Counted from the stretch's first letter, positions 1 to 13,261 are shown. The stretch is 55,499 nucleotides of DNA from Craspedostauros australis (GCA_030167865.1 JALAGF010004545.1:62001-117499), one strand, 5' to 3'. A program made the numbers and translations. Notes: a model not told the origin generated them from the sequence alone.

Positions 1-2
1 TC

Positions 3-3000
3 TTCGGAGGCCAAACCACGGCGGACGGATACGCGCAGCGCGGGGTGGATATCTCGTACGAGCGCAACATCCCAACCGACGAACCTGACGGCGGAAAGAA
101 GCTCACATTGTTCCGGTGCACCATGCGTTCACAGCAGAAGTGGTGGTTCCTGTCCGAGGCAGATGAAGAGCAGCCCGGTACCGACCGTGACATTGACTAC
201 TACCAGCACAAGTCGAAGCAGGAAGAGGAGACGCAACCTCCACCGAGAGGGTGGGCAACCTGCCGCAACTCCGGAATTGACCCGCCACCCCACCTGCTTC
301 GTGAAGGATTGATGGTGCCTCCTGGCCAGGAATTCCAAACCCTGGAGCATCAGCTGGCGAAGTGGGCGATCGAGAACGGCATCATCGAGCTGGTTTTGGG
401 CGACTCGGTGCACCGTGAGATTGTCGCAAGATCTACTGCGCTGATGAAGTTCCTCGCAAGCATGTGCGATCGCGATTCCCACATCCCACCGGACCCCAAC
501 TCGCCCGTTCAGCCCAACCAGTTCTGCCTGCAGACTTCCCACTTGCTGCTTGCTTGGAAAACGTGCACGAAGAAGGCCGATGCTGCTGTCGCCACGCAAG
601 TGTACCAGCTCCTCGTGACCATCCTTCCAGCGTGCCCCATCGACAAAGCCGTGCCACTGCTGCAGGCGATCAAGACTTCGTTGAACGATCCCGAACATGA
701 CAACTTGAACGAAGTGGCCGAGTTTTGCGCGGCCTTGGCGGCAAGCGCAAGCGAGGCCAACGGTAACAACCCGAAGGCAAGCAGCACCTACTTCCAACCC
801 GAGACCAGAACGCAGATTCTGGAGCTGTTCTGGGCCGTGTTTATACATCCCGAGGCACATTCGCTGAAGACGTATGACTCGCTCAAGGAGTTCGTTACTG
901 CCGAGCTGGGCGTGGAACCAGCCGGTAGATCGCACCGTGAACGATACCTCAAATCCTGCATCGAATCCTTGGAGCAGAGCATCGCGGCAGCCCCCGCACC
1001 TGCCAGCGCAACCGCCGAGACCCAGATCTTTCGCATGATCAAGCTCATGCATTTTGTGCTGGAGGCATGTCCTGCGGATCACGCAGCGCAGCTAGTCGAG
1101 GCAGACAACGGAACACTGGCAATCCTCTTGTTCAGGGAGCTTGCCGCAGTGCTGGCTCGCCGGAAGCAGAAGTTGGGCGCAGCCGGAGTGGCTGCTCAGA
1201 AGGTAAGAAGTGATTGTGTTGGAATTTCGCGGTTGTGCGCGTGTATGTGTGTGTGTACGTGCGCGTTTGTGATGCCTTGCGCGCCCAATGATAGAACGTA
1301 TCTCTGCGAAGAATCGCACACGGTTTGCACCATGTGCATGCAGCGAGGCTTGCGTTCACTCGTTCACCAGCTGGGCCACAACATCCGTTGCCAATCTTGC
1401 TGCTCCACCACACAATACAAGTACATTGCATCTGACTGGCCCTGTCATCATTACTCACATTTCCAAACTTGTTGCGATGTCTATCTGTCTCTCTCTCTCA
1501 CACACACACATACATTGTGTAATTATGACTCTCGTTTTCTCCGCCTCAGCTCTCCGCCGACGTGAGCGATAGTGACAGACAGCAGGTGTCAGAACGGCTC
1601 CGTATCCTTCGCAACGTCTACGGTCTGTCAGGAAAGATCTTCATGTCGAGCGAGCAGCTGCAAGAGCTGTGGCAAAACTGCAGCTCCCCGAATGACTATG
1701 AAGAGGTGATGATCTTCGTCGCCAACGCATCCAGACCAACCCGAACTCCTTTGGCGGGCACGTTTGCAGGAGCAGCACCATCAACTGCGGCAGCATCAGC
1801 GACGTCAGGAGCATCAGCACCGTCGTCCGCGGTGTCCAACGGAACAGGCCCCGCAGCACAAGGCTCATCAGGTCAGCCTTCGAACAGCAATGCCAACGCG
1901 TGTTATCCTGCATTCACTGACGAAGTTTGCAATTTCGCCTTCCTTCAGTTGTTTTGTTCGCCAGCCATGAATTTCGATTCGTTGGAGACCAGCGCATACA
2001 CCAGCTTCCAATTCATGTTCCAGAAGATCCAGTCTGCGGGTGGTGGGGTGGTTGATGCCGATCGCATTTCCAATGACGCCATCGATGCCATGTGGCGAAT
2101 CTGTCTTCGCGCCCGAAGCGATGCCGTCGCTGCGCAGGCCATGAATGATCTCCTTGCTGTGTACACCAACCGCAAATCCGTCATTTTGTCCAACGGAGGA
2201 GGAGGGCTGCCTGGCAAGGTCGAAGCAGAGCTATCGGCCGTCGTTGCGGATGCGATGCAGACGGAGGGCATGGTCAAAGAGGAGACCAGCTTCGCAAAGC
2301 GAGTTTTCGGCTGCCTCGATGATGTGCGGAAAAGCTTGAGCGCCAACGATGCCAACGCAGAACTGGCGGCTGAGCGGTGTTTGCGAATCCTGATCGCTGC
2401 TATCGGTCAGAATGCACCTGGAGATTCATCACGATCGTTATCTACTGTGCACAGATTATCGAGCCTTCCACAACCCACGACCTTGGACGTCGCAACGTCG
2501 TACCTCCCTCATGGAATGCGAGGCCAATCGCAGTACCGCAAAATCAATGTCACATATCGCCGACCACCTGCCCATGCTCAAACGCAACAGCAGCAGCAGC
2601 AACAACACGGACAGCAGTCACAGCAGGCTCCGTTTGAAGCCACGACTCAGAATCGGATGCAAACCACCAAGCTGATCCTTGATGTCCACCCTCTCGAGAC
2701 CATGGCATCGATCAAGCAGAAGATTGCAGCTCGCAGCGGATGCTCTGTCTCGGCCGTTCGACCTGTGCAGGTTAACGGCAGAGTCGCGCGTCCGGCAGCG
2801 AAAGCGGCCGGAGCGGAATCCACATCCAACGGAAATCTCTCGCCGCAGCGCAACGCCGCAATCGTGGACGAAGTGGGCATTGTCGATGGATGCGAGCTCG
2901 TTGTTGTGATCACCGAGCGCCCAAATCCGCAGGCGGCTGCCGCAGCCGCTGCCATGCCATCTCAACCAACATCGTTACGAAAAGCTCCAAACCAGAACCT

Positions 3001-6000
3001 CGGCGATCTGTTCGTCGAGGAGGGCGGGGATTTTGCCGACCGGCTGTTCCAAGCACTTCTGGATGTTTTGGCGGCGTTGCCGTGGAGAGACCCTGATGCC
3101 ATGACAGATGCCGCCCGACCATCAGTCGATGTCCACGCTCTCGTGTGGGACTTGCTGCTCGCCATGCCCACCAATACGATTGTGGCGTCACGAGTCCGCG
3201 TGACTGCGAGTGGTGGTGATCTTTCGGCAGACGGAGTCGATGCCATGGAAGTCGACTCCAAGCAAGATCGATGGGCAAAGCTGTTGGACCTCAATAAATT
3301 CCACCGCTCCGTATACGTCCTCTTGGCCATCGATGCGTTCTTGCAGCCGGCACCTGAAGTCTTTTCGTGCCTTCCAGAGGAGCAGAAGGCAGCTCTCGAG
3401 ACGGAGATGACGGCAACGTCGGCACGCTTTTGCCAGGGTTTCATCGAGTCAGGCGGGTTTGATGCCGTCGTGCGTTTCTTCTCCGATGCCGGGGGTAGAC
3501 ATCAAGGCAAAACTAGAATGGGAAATGCTGTGGCACTCCGAATTCTCAAGTGCTGCCTTTTCGGAGAACCGACGCCGAGGCAGCCACGATCTCCACCAAG
3601 AAGCAACGTGCTTGGCGACGTCGGCACCCGATTGTTGCAGTCGCTGGTCAACGCGTCAGGCCTCCTCCAAAGTCTGGCGTCGATGGTCGTTTGCGATCCA
3701 GGCATATCAACAGCGACCATCACTGACGTGCTGAAGTTCCTGGAGCTGCTGTTCCGATCCCACGATACAGCGCAGGCCTTCGTTGCGCTGCCCGATTCAA
3801 CAGCGGAGAAGTTCCTCACCACGTTGCTTCTTTGGGAAGGATCCGATGGCTCGCCACGATCTGTTGCCAGCATCAACGCAGCGCAGAAAGTCCGAAAGAG
3901 CGCGCACGACTTGGTTCTCCTCACCCCGCAGCTATCGAGCCATGCACTTCCTTGGCTGATACGTGCCTTGGGTTCTGTGCAGGTGGATGCAGATTCCACG
4001 ATGGAGTACTTCGACGTCCTGAAGCAGCTTGTCAGCGCCGAGCGATCCAGCCAACGGCCGCCCTCCGTCAACGAATTGACTTCTCTGTCCACCGTGGTGT
4101 GCAAGAAGCTGACATCATGCCAACGTCCCACCAAGGAGAGCACTTTGATCGACCATCCCACCGGCGTCCTCAGCGGGTGCTTGGCGTTGCTCCGAGCTCT
4201 CATCGAAAGCGGTGGCGGAAACGTCCTCCAGGACGGAACGTCGATCCTACTGAGCGAGCTCAAGACAGACAAATGGTCGCAGCTGTTGGTTCCTGAGGGA
4301 TTGCATCCCCGCCCTGAAAACATCGTCCTGATCGATCTGATGGGCGTGGTGTTCGATGGGTTCCTTTCGCCTGGCGGATCGACCTCCGTCGTGGCCATAT
4401 GCTGCGACAAGGAGTCGCGTCAGCACGGATTTGACGTCGTGGGTGCCGCTGCGCGTTCCTGCGGCAACAGCGACGGTTACACAGCCCTCGTTGGCCGAAT
4501 CAACAACCTCGTCCAATCAGCCGCACCGTATCTCAGACACCGATGGGGGCAGTTCGGCAGCGAGGCAGCTGGACGTCAGAACAGGAACTCCTCGAAGTAT
4601 TCCGGTCTGCGCAACCAAGGCTGCACATGCTACATGAACTCGGTTCTCCAGCAGCTCTTCATGATGCCGGAGCTCCGGACTTCCATGTGTGCCGCACCCT
4701 TGCCCGCTACCCTGCGTTCGGCTGGTGGCGCTGTATCCGCAGAAGGCGCGGCGCTGGTGGGAAAAAAGCTGGCGATGCAATGGGACAACGGGGTGTCGTA
4801 TGATGCCATGGTGGAAGCGTTCGACGAGCGCACTGGAATGCACACCATTCGTTACTGCCCGATTCACGTGGCGACAGTCACGGGTAACAGCCACACGCAG
4901 GTGCAGGCCGATGACGTTGCGAGGCTGCCCATAGGCCTACCGGATGAGCTGTTTCTGTCGGAAGGCCGGCCAGGCAAAGAAACGGGCGTGTTCACAGTCG
5001 TCAAGACTTCCGTCGACACCAGCCCCGGTGCAGAGCAGCCGATGAGCGGGAGCAAGAGCATGCAAGTCGAAGAGAGCGAGGACGAGCTCAACTCCCGGCA
5101 TCTGTTGGAGGAGATGCAGCGCACGTTCATCCACTTGGATGAGGGGTCGAGAGGACGTTGCTTCGATCCGCGAGCCTTAGTGGAGGCCTGCGCCTGTCTC
5201 AAGCTCGAGTTCGACGTTTGGCAGCAAAATGACGCATCGGAATTCGCAACGAAGTTGCTGGATCGCCTCGAGACCTCGTTGAAGCGATGGGCGCCGGATC
5301 ATTTCCGGTACCTGGACCATACGTTCGGCCTGAAGCAGACGAAGCAAAAGATTTGCAAGGAATGTGGCTTGAAGACGAACCGCAAGGAGAAGCTCCTGAG
5401 CGTTGACTGCCAGATCCGCGGCAAGGCTGACATCCATGAGGCACTTGCGTCCATGACGGAGGTCGAGATCATGGATGGAAACAACCAGGTCTTCTGCGAC
5501 AGGTGCAAGAAGAACACCGACACGGTGCTCAAGACCGCCATCTCGTCTCTCCCCAACATGCTCATCCTGTCTCTGAAGCGTTTCGATTTGGATTACAACA
5601 CCTTCGAGACCGTCAAGCTCAACAGCCGCTGCGCCTTCGGGCAAACGCTGAATTTGAAGCGGTACACCCTGGAAGCGATGGAAGCGGCCGAGGCGACCCA
5701 GCAGGCTGCTGATCAGGACGCAGACGCGAGTGCCGACAGCGGCGATGACGCTGAACCGATGGACACGGGCGGCGCCTCAACATCGACATCAACGGCGCCA
5801 CTCATTCCAGCTGCTGCCGCACAGCAACTGGTCGATGAAGATTACGAGTACAATCTGGCAGGCGTGTTGGTGCATGCAGGTGTGGCTCAAGGTGGACATT
5901 ACTACAGCTTCATCAAGGATCGCAACGAAGAGACCCAGGGCAAGTGGTTCCGATTCGACGATGAAGATGTGACGCCGTTCGACCCAGCAGCCATCGAGGC

Positions 6001-8884
6001 GGAGTGCTTCGGCGGCAAGCTGAAGAAAGAAACGAAGTGGCCAAACGGTCAAGTCCAGACCGTCGAAAGCGAGCAATATGCCAACGCGCTGATGCTTTTC
6101 TATGAGAAGGTGAAGAAGACCGAAGTCCCGCCGGAGGACGAGGATGATGAAAGCGATGAGGAGACGAACGACGGCGAGAAGGATGAGGAGGACGAAGAAG
6201 CCAAGAAGAAGGCGCTCGAAGAAAAGAAGAAGAAGGCCGAAGAGAACAAGCCTCCCCCGATCCCAAAGGATCTCACAATGTCCTCAGGTTTCGACGTGTT
6301 CGAGCCCGACGTGCGAAGGTCAAACACGACGCACCGTTGGCAGACGCTGCTGTTCGACAACGAATTCCAGATGTTCCTGAAGGGCCTGCTGGGTCTATGT
6401 CGCATGAAGAGCAAGGACGATGTGATGATGGCGGTCTCGCCGGATTCGTCGCCCGTGCAAGAGCCTTCATCCCAGTCATGGCGCTCCACCGTGGTGGACA
6501 TGCTCCTCTCCTTCGTCTTTGACGTGTTGCTGTACTCGACAGAACGCGTGGCTTTGACAGAATGGGTGCGCATGCTCAACGAGACACTGCGCAGAGATCC
6601 GTTGTGCGCGGCCAATTTCATACGCCAGGTGGCAGGCAGAACCCGCACCGTGAGTGCTAACTGGCTGCGAACGTACCTCCTGGACTGTCCCGACAGCAAT
6701 GCTCGTGACGCTGCTGTGGATCTATTCACGGGTGCTCTGGATGCAGCCTTTGACGACCCCACACGTGTGCAATCCTTGCGCGATTGGACGCAGGCATGGA
6801 CGCAGCAGATTACGGAGATCGGCATCCCGAAAACAGCAGTGCCGTGTCAGCTGGAGGGCCGGTTCCAAGTCCATGAAGATCTTCGTCTGGAAGCGACCGG
6901 CAAAAGTTCATCGATCGGTGTGATCCTGTCTCATCTCAACACTTTGCTGGAGGCATTGCCGAGAACATGGCGGCAGTGCATCGATATCAGCAAGCTGATC
7001 CGCAACCTCTCCATGATCAAGTCTGCTGACGGCATGTTCGGGATGACGTCGGCCCTGATCGCCGCGCAAATCCCTGCGCGCTTGATCTGCTTCGTCGCCA
7101 GGGACAAGGTCCCTGACAGCCTCAAGGTCGCATTCCCAGGTTCCAGCGTCTCCGTGGAGGTCGCCGAGAGCCAGACACGTGCCGAGCACAACCCAACAGC
7201 ACATCTGATGCCGTTGGGCGGGGCGGGCCAGGTGATGAACAATTCCGACATGAACTACCGTGGCGGCACCAGCCCGGCCGACAACCTGTACGTGTTCGAA
7301 GCTCTGTGCTGCCTCCTCGGAGCTCCAGGTGCTATCCAAGCCGCAGTCGTCGAGGAGCTCCCGCGTGGACGGCAACGCCACAATCTCACGGATGCCGCGA
7401 AGAAGGCGCTGGCGGAGATCTTCAATGAGTTCTGCGCACCGGGTGCGCCTGGCATGGGCCATAAGGAGATCGAGGAGTACCTGCAGCGCTGCGGAATGGA
7501 CTCCGCGGCGATCCCTCCGCAGAAGATCAACGACATCATGAGCCGGTACCCAATCGAGGCTGATGACGAGAGCCAGATATCATCCTACCTCAGCCTCGAA
7601 GGGTTCTACGCGTATTACAGAGACGCCACGGCAACCAGCGACGAACGTCTTCGATGCGATTTAAACAGCTTCGGCTTCCGGCCGGATTTGAGTCGCAGAC
7701 AGCGAGACACGTACATCGTGGAGAACAACAACCATGTGCGATGGCGCAACACCAACGAGAGCGTGGCAAGAGACATGGCGGTGCACTTCAAGGACGGTGC
7801 CCCGAGCCTCGGCCAGCTGGCTGACGCGGGCCTTTCTTGCTTCCAGCTCTACGGCATCGCCTCCATGTCCGACATCATGTGCGAGCTTCTGCTCGCGGCT
7901 GTCGTCCACGACAGGAACTGCGAGATGCTGATCATGAACACCCTGAGATCGCTCTTCAACGCTCCGTCAGGGTGGGGTGGCAATGAGGTCCTCAACACTT
8001 CGCTGCTCGTGCTGCGCGCGCTCGTGTCGTCGTCGGACGACAAGCAGACAGAACGGATCGAGTTGATCATGACCTGCACCGAACGTGGGTCGCAGCATTT
8101 GGACAGCGGCATCGGGTTGCTGCTGGCGGTTAGAGCCTTCTTTGAAGCCAGGTCCGACCAGCACTACTCGAATGAATACCACCATGGATACGACCGGTAC
8201 GTCTCCGTGCTCAAGGAGCTCATGCTGAACGAGGCGTCGTCGATTTGGCTGGAGAGCAACCGCGATCAGTGGAAATGGATGAGCAGCGACTTGCTCGATC
8301 ACTACACGCAACCGCACTCCCCCAACCACGCCCATCGTGGTGGAGATTACGGCCGTCGCGAGGCGGAGAGCGACGCCGTGCTTGATGGCGACAGGCATTT
8401 GGAACCACAGCATCAGCACCAACATCAGCAGCATCAGCATCCGAACCATCCCTCCGATTCGGATGTCCACCCCATGAACGACTCTGAGGAGGAGGACGAT
8501 GAAGACTCCCAATTCGACGAGCCGCCAGCGTTCCTCATCGTGGAAGATGCCGGCACCGAAGAGATCAACGGACGGTACGCGCAAGATGGCTATTTCGAAA
8601 AAATCCAGAAGTACAGCCGCCATGGCCAATACCAAGGTTCGCCGGTCGTGTTCTCAGTGTTCCGATGCAACGTGAGCAATAACACAAGGCACTGGTACAT
8701 CTCCATTGTGCCCAAAAGCGGTCTGCCAGGGACCTCTGGCGACATTGACTTTTACTCTGCACCAGCCACGGATCACTGCCTGAACTACCCACCTCAGTCA
8801 GGATGGACGAGAGCGAACGTCGGTATTGAACCCACCCCAACAATCGTCTACGTTGACCATGATGCCACCGACGGAACCGTGTAG
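3..8884 (+). CDS. Large ubiquitin C-terminal hydrolase (peptidase C19, USP9/USP24/USP34-like); 5' end lies upstream of the window; two visible exons (<3-1202, 1550-8884)
   Basis: Cys box GLRNQGCTCYMNSVLQQLF (catalytic Cys codon 4628), QQNDASEF, CKEC...CDRC Zn finger, LKRF, His box GVLVHAGVAQGGHYYSFIKDR (His codon 5897) and WFRFDD. The frame is open from nt 3. A phase-0 intron AAG|GTAAGA...CCTCAG|CTC joins ORF 45.. to ORF 1562..8884 in frame. Confidence 0.93.
1203..1549 (+). other. Spliceosomal intron (347 bp) of the USP gene
   Basis: GTAAGA donor at 1203, pyrimidine tract and CAG acceptor at 1549. Contains (TG)n, (CT)n and (CA)n microsatellites. Removal keeps the reading frame. Confidence 0.88.
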
Positions 8885-11800
8885 GGTAGGGCAGGCGTCA
8901 CTGCCTGACCGATTGGCCGATCGGTTGGCTGACACAGTGTGTGCATGTCACATGAACGGGTTGGTGTCCATCGGGCGATGAGGCGGCGGATCAAAATACG
9001 ATGCAGAGGTCGGCGTCTGCGTCTGCGTCTGCGAGTACCAGCATTCGTGAACGGCTACACTCAAACAAGCGCGCCCAAACAGACGAAGAAAACAAGAACA
9101 ATTGTAAGAAAATAGAACTATGACGAGAAAAGCAAAGCAAAGCGACGAAAGCAGGTGGGTGCAATCCCTATGCAGAGTGCTGCTGGTACGAGCATGAGCA
9201 ATTGTTGGGTACCATAAAGTAGACTCCCGGCGTGTTTGTGTGAGCCTACATGGTATGTAGGATTGCAATGTGTGCACGAGGTGAAGATCCTCCGCGAGCA
9301 TCTGTGAGACTTGTCTTTCCCAATACGATCGTCCATCATCCCCGTCGTGCTTGGCTCATGTTCGTGGCGCATCCATCGTCAGGAAATGATCAACGGTGTG
9401 GCAGCAGCATTGACACGAAAGAAGGTGTTGTATAATGCGGGGCTCAATGTTGGTTGTTTGTCTACGATTACAGCAGAGTGCTTCGCTCCTGCTGTGACAC
9501 GATCGCATCATGACACTCCTGGCGTGATTATTGCTCGTACTCCGCAAGCCACGCGACTATTCAAATCTTGTCGTTCTGCAGGTGCTTGCGATGTTGTTGC
9601 CGACCTCCTTATTGCGTCTCGTGTGCTCCCTTGCCGATGCTGTTGCTCGCTGTGTTTTCATTTGTTCCGTCGTGTCCGTACTGTGGCGTTTGGGTGAAAG
9701 ATCCGACGTCGGCATTGATGCTGTTGTGAGTTGATTCATGGGATTATTAAGCGTGGAAACAAAGTGAAGTGTACTCGCCGCAGCGTGTCGTAAGTGATTG
9801 CGCCATGGCGGAGATGGCGGTCCGTCCCGTTGCCGATCAAAAGCGCTACACTCTCTTACGTTCGCACCAGGCTACCTGCCGCTGGGGTGAGCTGCTTGCT
9901 TTTCGGTTGGTAGGATGCAAAGGTAAGAGAATCTAACGCTGGTGAAGAGCAAGGGGATAGATCGTCAGCCGCCGATTCGTTTTGCGCATCATGTTGCGTC
10001 CATGAGTCTGTTTGACTGCAGACCCCGGTATCAGATGATACTTGCCACGCCATGTCATGGCATGCAACGCGGCGTCATGCGCGCTGGTTCCCCATTCCAG
10101 GATGCCATTTTCATTCAGTTCAATGCGGTGTCATGTTCGCGCCTTTGTGTGTGTGTTTTTGTTTGTTTGCTTGTTACGCTCAAACGTATCCATGAATTTC
10201 CTCTCTCAACGGCAGATGAAATCCTTCGCCGCATTGTCAGAGCGCGGCAAGCCCCAACAGAGAGCAACGATTTGGGCAGAGCAGCAGAAAAGGGAAAAAT
10301 TACGCAGTAAGGGGGTTGCAGCGCTGCAGAACGAGAGCGTCGCACAATGAAGATGTTCGCAGAACTTGAGGCAGCGGCAAGAGAAGTTCGCATTTGCGGG
10401 TAGCCTTTTGTTACGTGGCGAGCAATGATGAAGTTGAATGAAAAAGGCAGGCAGTTGGGTGAGTTCTGAAGAGACAGGAGGCAAAGGATTCATCATGGCG
10501 CACGGCTCTCTCCACGCGATGGATTGTTGCTTCGCACCGGATTGTTTGCATCATTGCGAGGCAGCATTGCTCGGCGATGTGCTCACTCGTACAATCGATG
10601 AAGGACGATGGCCATGGTCATGGCCGGTCGGAATGCCCGCCGCAGTTGATCTTGCACGTTGCAATGTTGTCGCGGGTGTGGGTTGCTGCATTCAGGGATG
10701 CATGCGCAATGGCCAGAGCGTGCTCCCTTGCATGCTGTACCGGTACTTACTTGTTTGCTTGCGTGCTTGTTCGTGTTGAAGATCTATCAACTTGTTTGCT
10801 TTCTCTGTTTTGTGTGCTGATTCATTGACGCAGGTCCGTTTTGTGTCATTTGATGAGGTGCGAAGCGAAACGGTGCGAAACCAAACGGCATGTGAGGAGG
10901 CATGAGAACAGGCACAGAATCGAAGTTCTGTTGTTCGTGTTTGTCGCATTTTGTGCGGTGTTTCGCGTGCGGTAGGCACCAGAGTCATTGTTCCGCTGAG
11001 CGTGTGTTGTGCGCGTTGAATCGGCGGCCAAGATACCCCACCCAAGCGCCAACCCAAGAGGAACAGATTTAGACCATTTGAGGCTACTTTCGAGCCTAAA
11101 AAGGGGCTAAGGCCATTCCGACGCCACGTCAATGGCCGATTTTTCACTCGCCTTGTGAGAAGCATGACAAATAAGCCCCTTTGAGACAGCGCCCTGTTCG
11201 CGACTACTCGCCCGCTGCGACATCTTGTGTGGGTGAGTGTATCGAAGAAGGACGCTGGTACACACCCGCGTGATGACTTGGCGCTTAGTCGACCACGGTG
11301 TCCATGATTTAAGTACAACCTCGGTTCGCAATGGAATGTTTGGTTGTTTGTGCAACGAGAACGATGTTTGGCAAAGACGATGTTTGGCAAGAACGGTGTT
11401 TCGGAGAAATGCCCGCTTCGTTTATGTAACCTGATGAAGGACCAGATCCCCACGTCAGCACCGTCGCAACACGTTGGTACCATGAAGAGCATTGCCATCG
11501 AAGAACGCGTGAAAGCAGGAGAGGAGGAATGCATCAGAGGATCTCCACGATGCGAGGCGGGTTGATGGAGTGTTTCCTCGTGCTCGTACCCGCATGGTAC
11601 CATGCGCTGGGCACCACCATTGGAGATGTTGAGGTGGTCGAAGAGAATGAAGAGAAAGAGAAGAAGCAGGTTGGTGTCAGCTACTGTATTGCTGTTGCCA
11701 CGGTGTAAATCGCTCCCATTACCAAGATGTACACTTGCGTAGTCTTGCGTACACAATGTTCACACATGCACAGAGTAGTCTACAGAGGAGGGAAGTTCTG

Positions 11801-12114
11801 CTCATCCAATTCAACTTGGTTGGCGTGCCAGTATTGATCGTAAGAGTCCTCGTCGCTTGGCCTACGGTGCTATACGTACTGATTGTAGCAACACGGCTTG
11901 TGTAGAGTAGTGTGTGTAATCGTGTCAAATGCGTGTTGGTGATGTTATCACTTCCCAGTGATGTTTGGATTGAACCAAAGCTCGTACATGATACAAGATT
12001 AGATACATCTAACATGTTTCGGGGGGTGCCCGCTGGTCCGCTCCAACCATGTCACCTGATGGTGGTGATAGGTTGAACTATCCTTGAGATAGAGCGCAGC
12101 ACGTGTGCCCACCC

Positions 12115-12732
12115 TCAGAAGAGAACAGTCGATGGCGAGCTCGCAAAGTCGCGCTGGAGTATCTCATCGGCATCTTGGTACTTCGCCGGTGCAAGTCGCG
12201 ATGGTGACGACGACGACCTCGGTACGTTGATGGTGGTCGATGTCTGCGTCGATGGCACGGCCAGCAATCGACCGTTGGAGGCCGCAAGCGTGATGACGAA
12301 GAACAGCGATGCTGCTACGGCCAGCAGATTCAGGCTCTGGAAGGCATCGAAGTCGCTGCCATCGTTGGAGGCAGGTGGCGTGTTTCTGCCTGATTGTGGT
12401 GATATCCTCCCACCATCGTCATCATCAGTGTCCCAAGAAGGACGGTGGGAACGCAGCAAGAGGGGCGATGCACTTTTTCGAGTCATCAACCTCCCACACC
12501 CGCTGCGTTCATCTCGGAATCCTTGCGGCGTCGTCACCGCCGAAGCATACCTTTGTGGGATGAGCGCTGTTCGGGCCGAAGGCATTGGCGATGTCGATGT
12601 CAACGGCGATGAAAACGCATCAACCACAACAGCGGCTCGCAGCACCATAGCTGCGAACAAGAGACGCGCAGCGATGCTTAGGCCATTGCGATGAACCGCA
12701 ACGTGGTGATCATGAAGTGATGACATCATCAT
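12115..12732 (-). CDS. Hypothetical plastid-targeted single-pass membrane protein (~205 aa)
   Basis: First ATG at 12732. A hydrophobic signal ends in VVDA|FSSP (ASAFAP-like, Phe at +1). It is followed by a S/T/R-rich transit-like stretch, one TM helix (LNLLAVAASLFFVITLAAS) and a short tail YQDADEILQRDF. Confidence 0.65.
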   Translation of the reverse strand: MMMSSLHDHHVAVHRNGLSIAARLLFAAMVLRAAVVVDAFSSPLTSTSPMPSARTALIPQRYASAVTTPQGFRDERSGCGRLMTRKSASPLLLRSHRPSWDTDDDDGGRISPQSGRNTPPASNDGSDFDAFQSLNLLAVAASLFFVITLAASNGRLLAVPSTQTSTTINVPRSSSSPSRLAPAKYQDADEILQRDFASSPSTVLF

Positions 12733-12880
12733 CAAGTCTCTTTTTGATGTCTGCAACCTCTTTGTGGCTTCTGTGAGACATCACCAAACCTTCAGCAACT
12801 TCGGCCTTTGCTTCCGACCTTCTCTTTCTTTCCGATTGTTAGTTTCGACTTGTTCCTGTCGTGTCTAAAATCTTCGAAAG

Positions 12881-12908
12881 GACGTCACCATTGACGTCAT
12901 GCGACGTC
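12881..12908. promoter_or_regulatory. Cluster of three GACGTC (bZIP/CRE/aureo-box-like) motifs upstream of the plastid-targeted gene
   Basis: GACGTC at 12881, 12893 (full TGACGTCA at 12892-12899) and 12903, about 150-175 bp upstream of the ATG at 12732. Confidence 0.4.
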
Positions 12909-13261
12909 TACCATAGCACATTCGCCTATTTGCTGTCGTTGTTTTGGGGGTTGATACGAGTCATTTTGGGGTGCTTCGGTGATGCACGTTTCGTTTAGTC
13001 GTACGAATCAACATACGCTGTTTTTGCCGCCAATATCGTTGCCAGAGAAATGAAGCAAGAAGATGGAGTCGACATCGATCCTTGTCGATAGCGACAGCAC
13101 TCTCTCACGTGCATGCAGCCTGAAGAGGGAGAAGCATGTATGGCCCGTATTGTATTGGGGTGTATGGTCAACGTGCATTCAAAGTATAACTCTATACGTG
13201 TCTACTCTACCCGTACTTGAATGGCTCGCACCATGCTGGCACGTCCCCCTGTGCGATGGCT

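Noticed and set aside
1203-1565. Cys-rich C-terminal tail of ORF 45..1565 (CACMCVCTC...)
   Set aside because: Read-through into the intron; the Cys residues come from (TG)n microsatellite, not a zinc finger.
129-8635. Many long minus-strand and alternate-frame ORFs inside the USP gene
   Set aside because: Antisense shadows of a GC3-rich coding sequence, with no motifs.
10692-11756. 354-aa minus-strand ORF
   Set aside because: No recognisable motif or coding-like bias; not supportable as a CDS.
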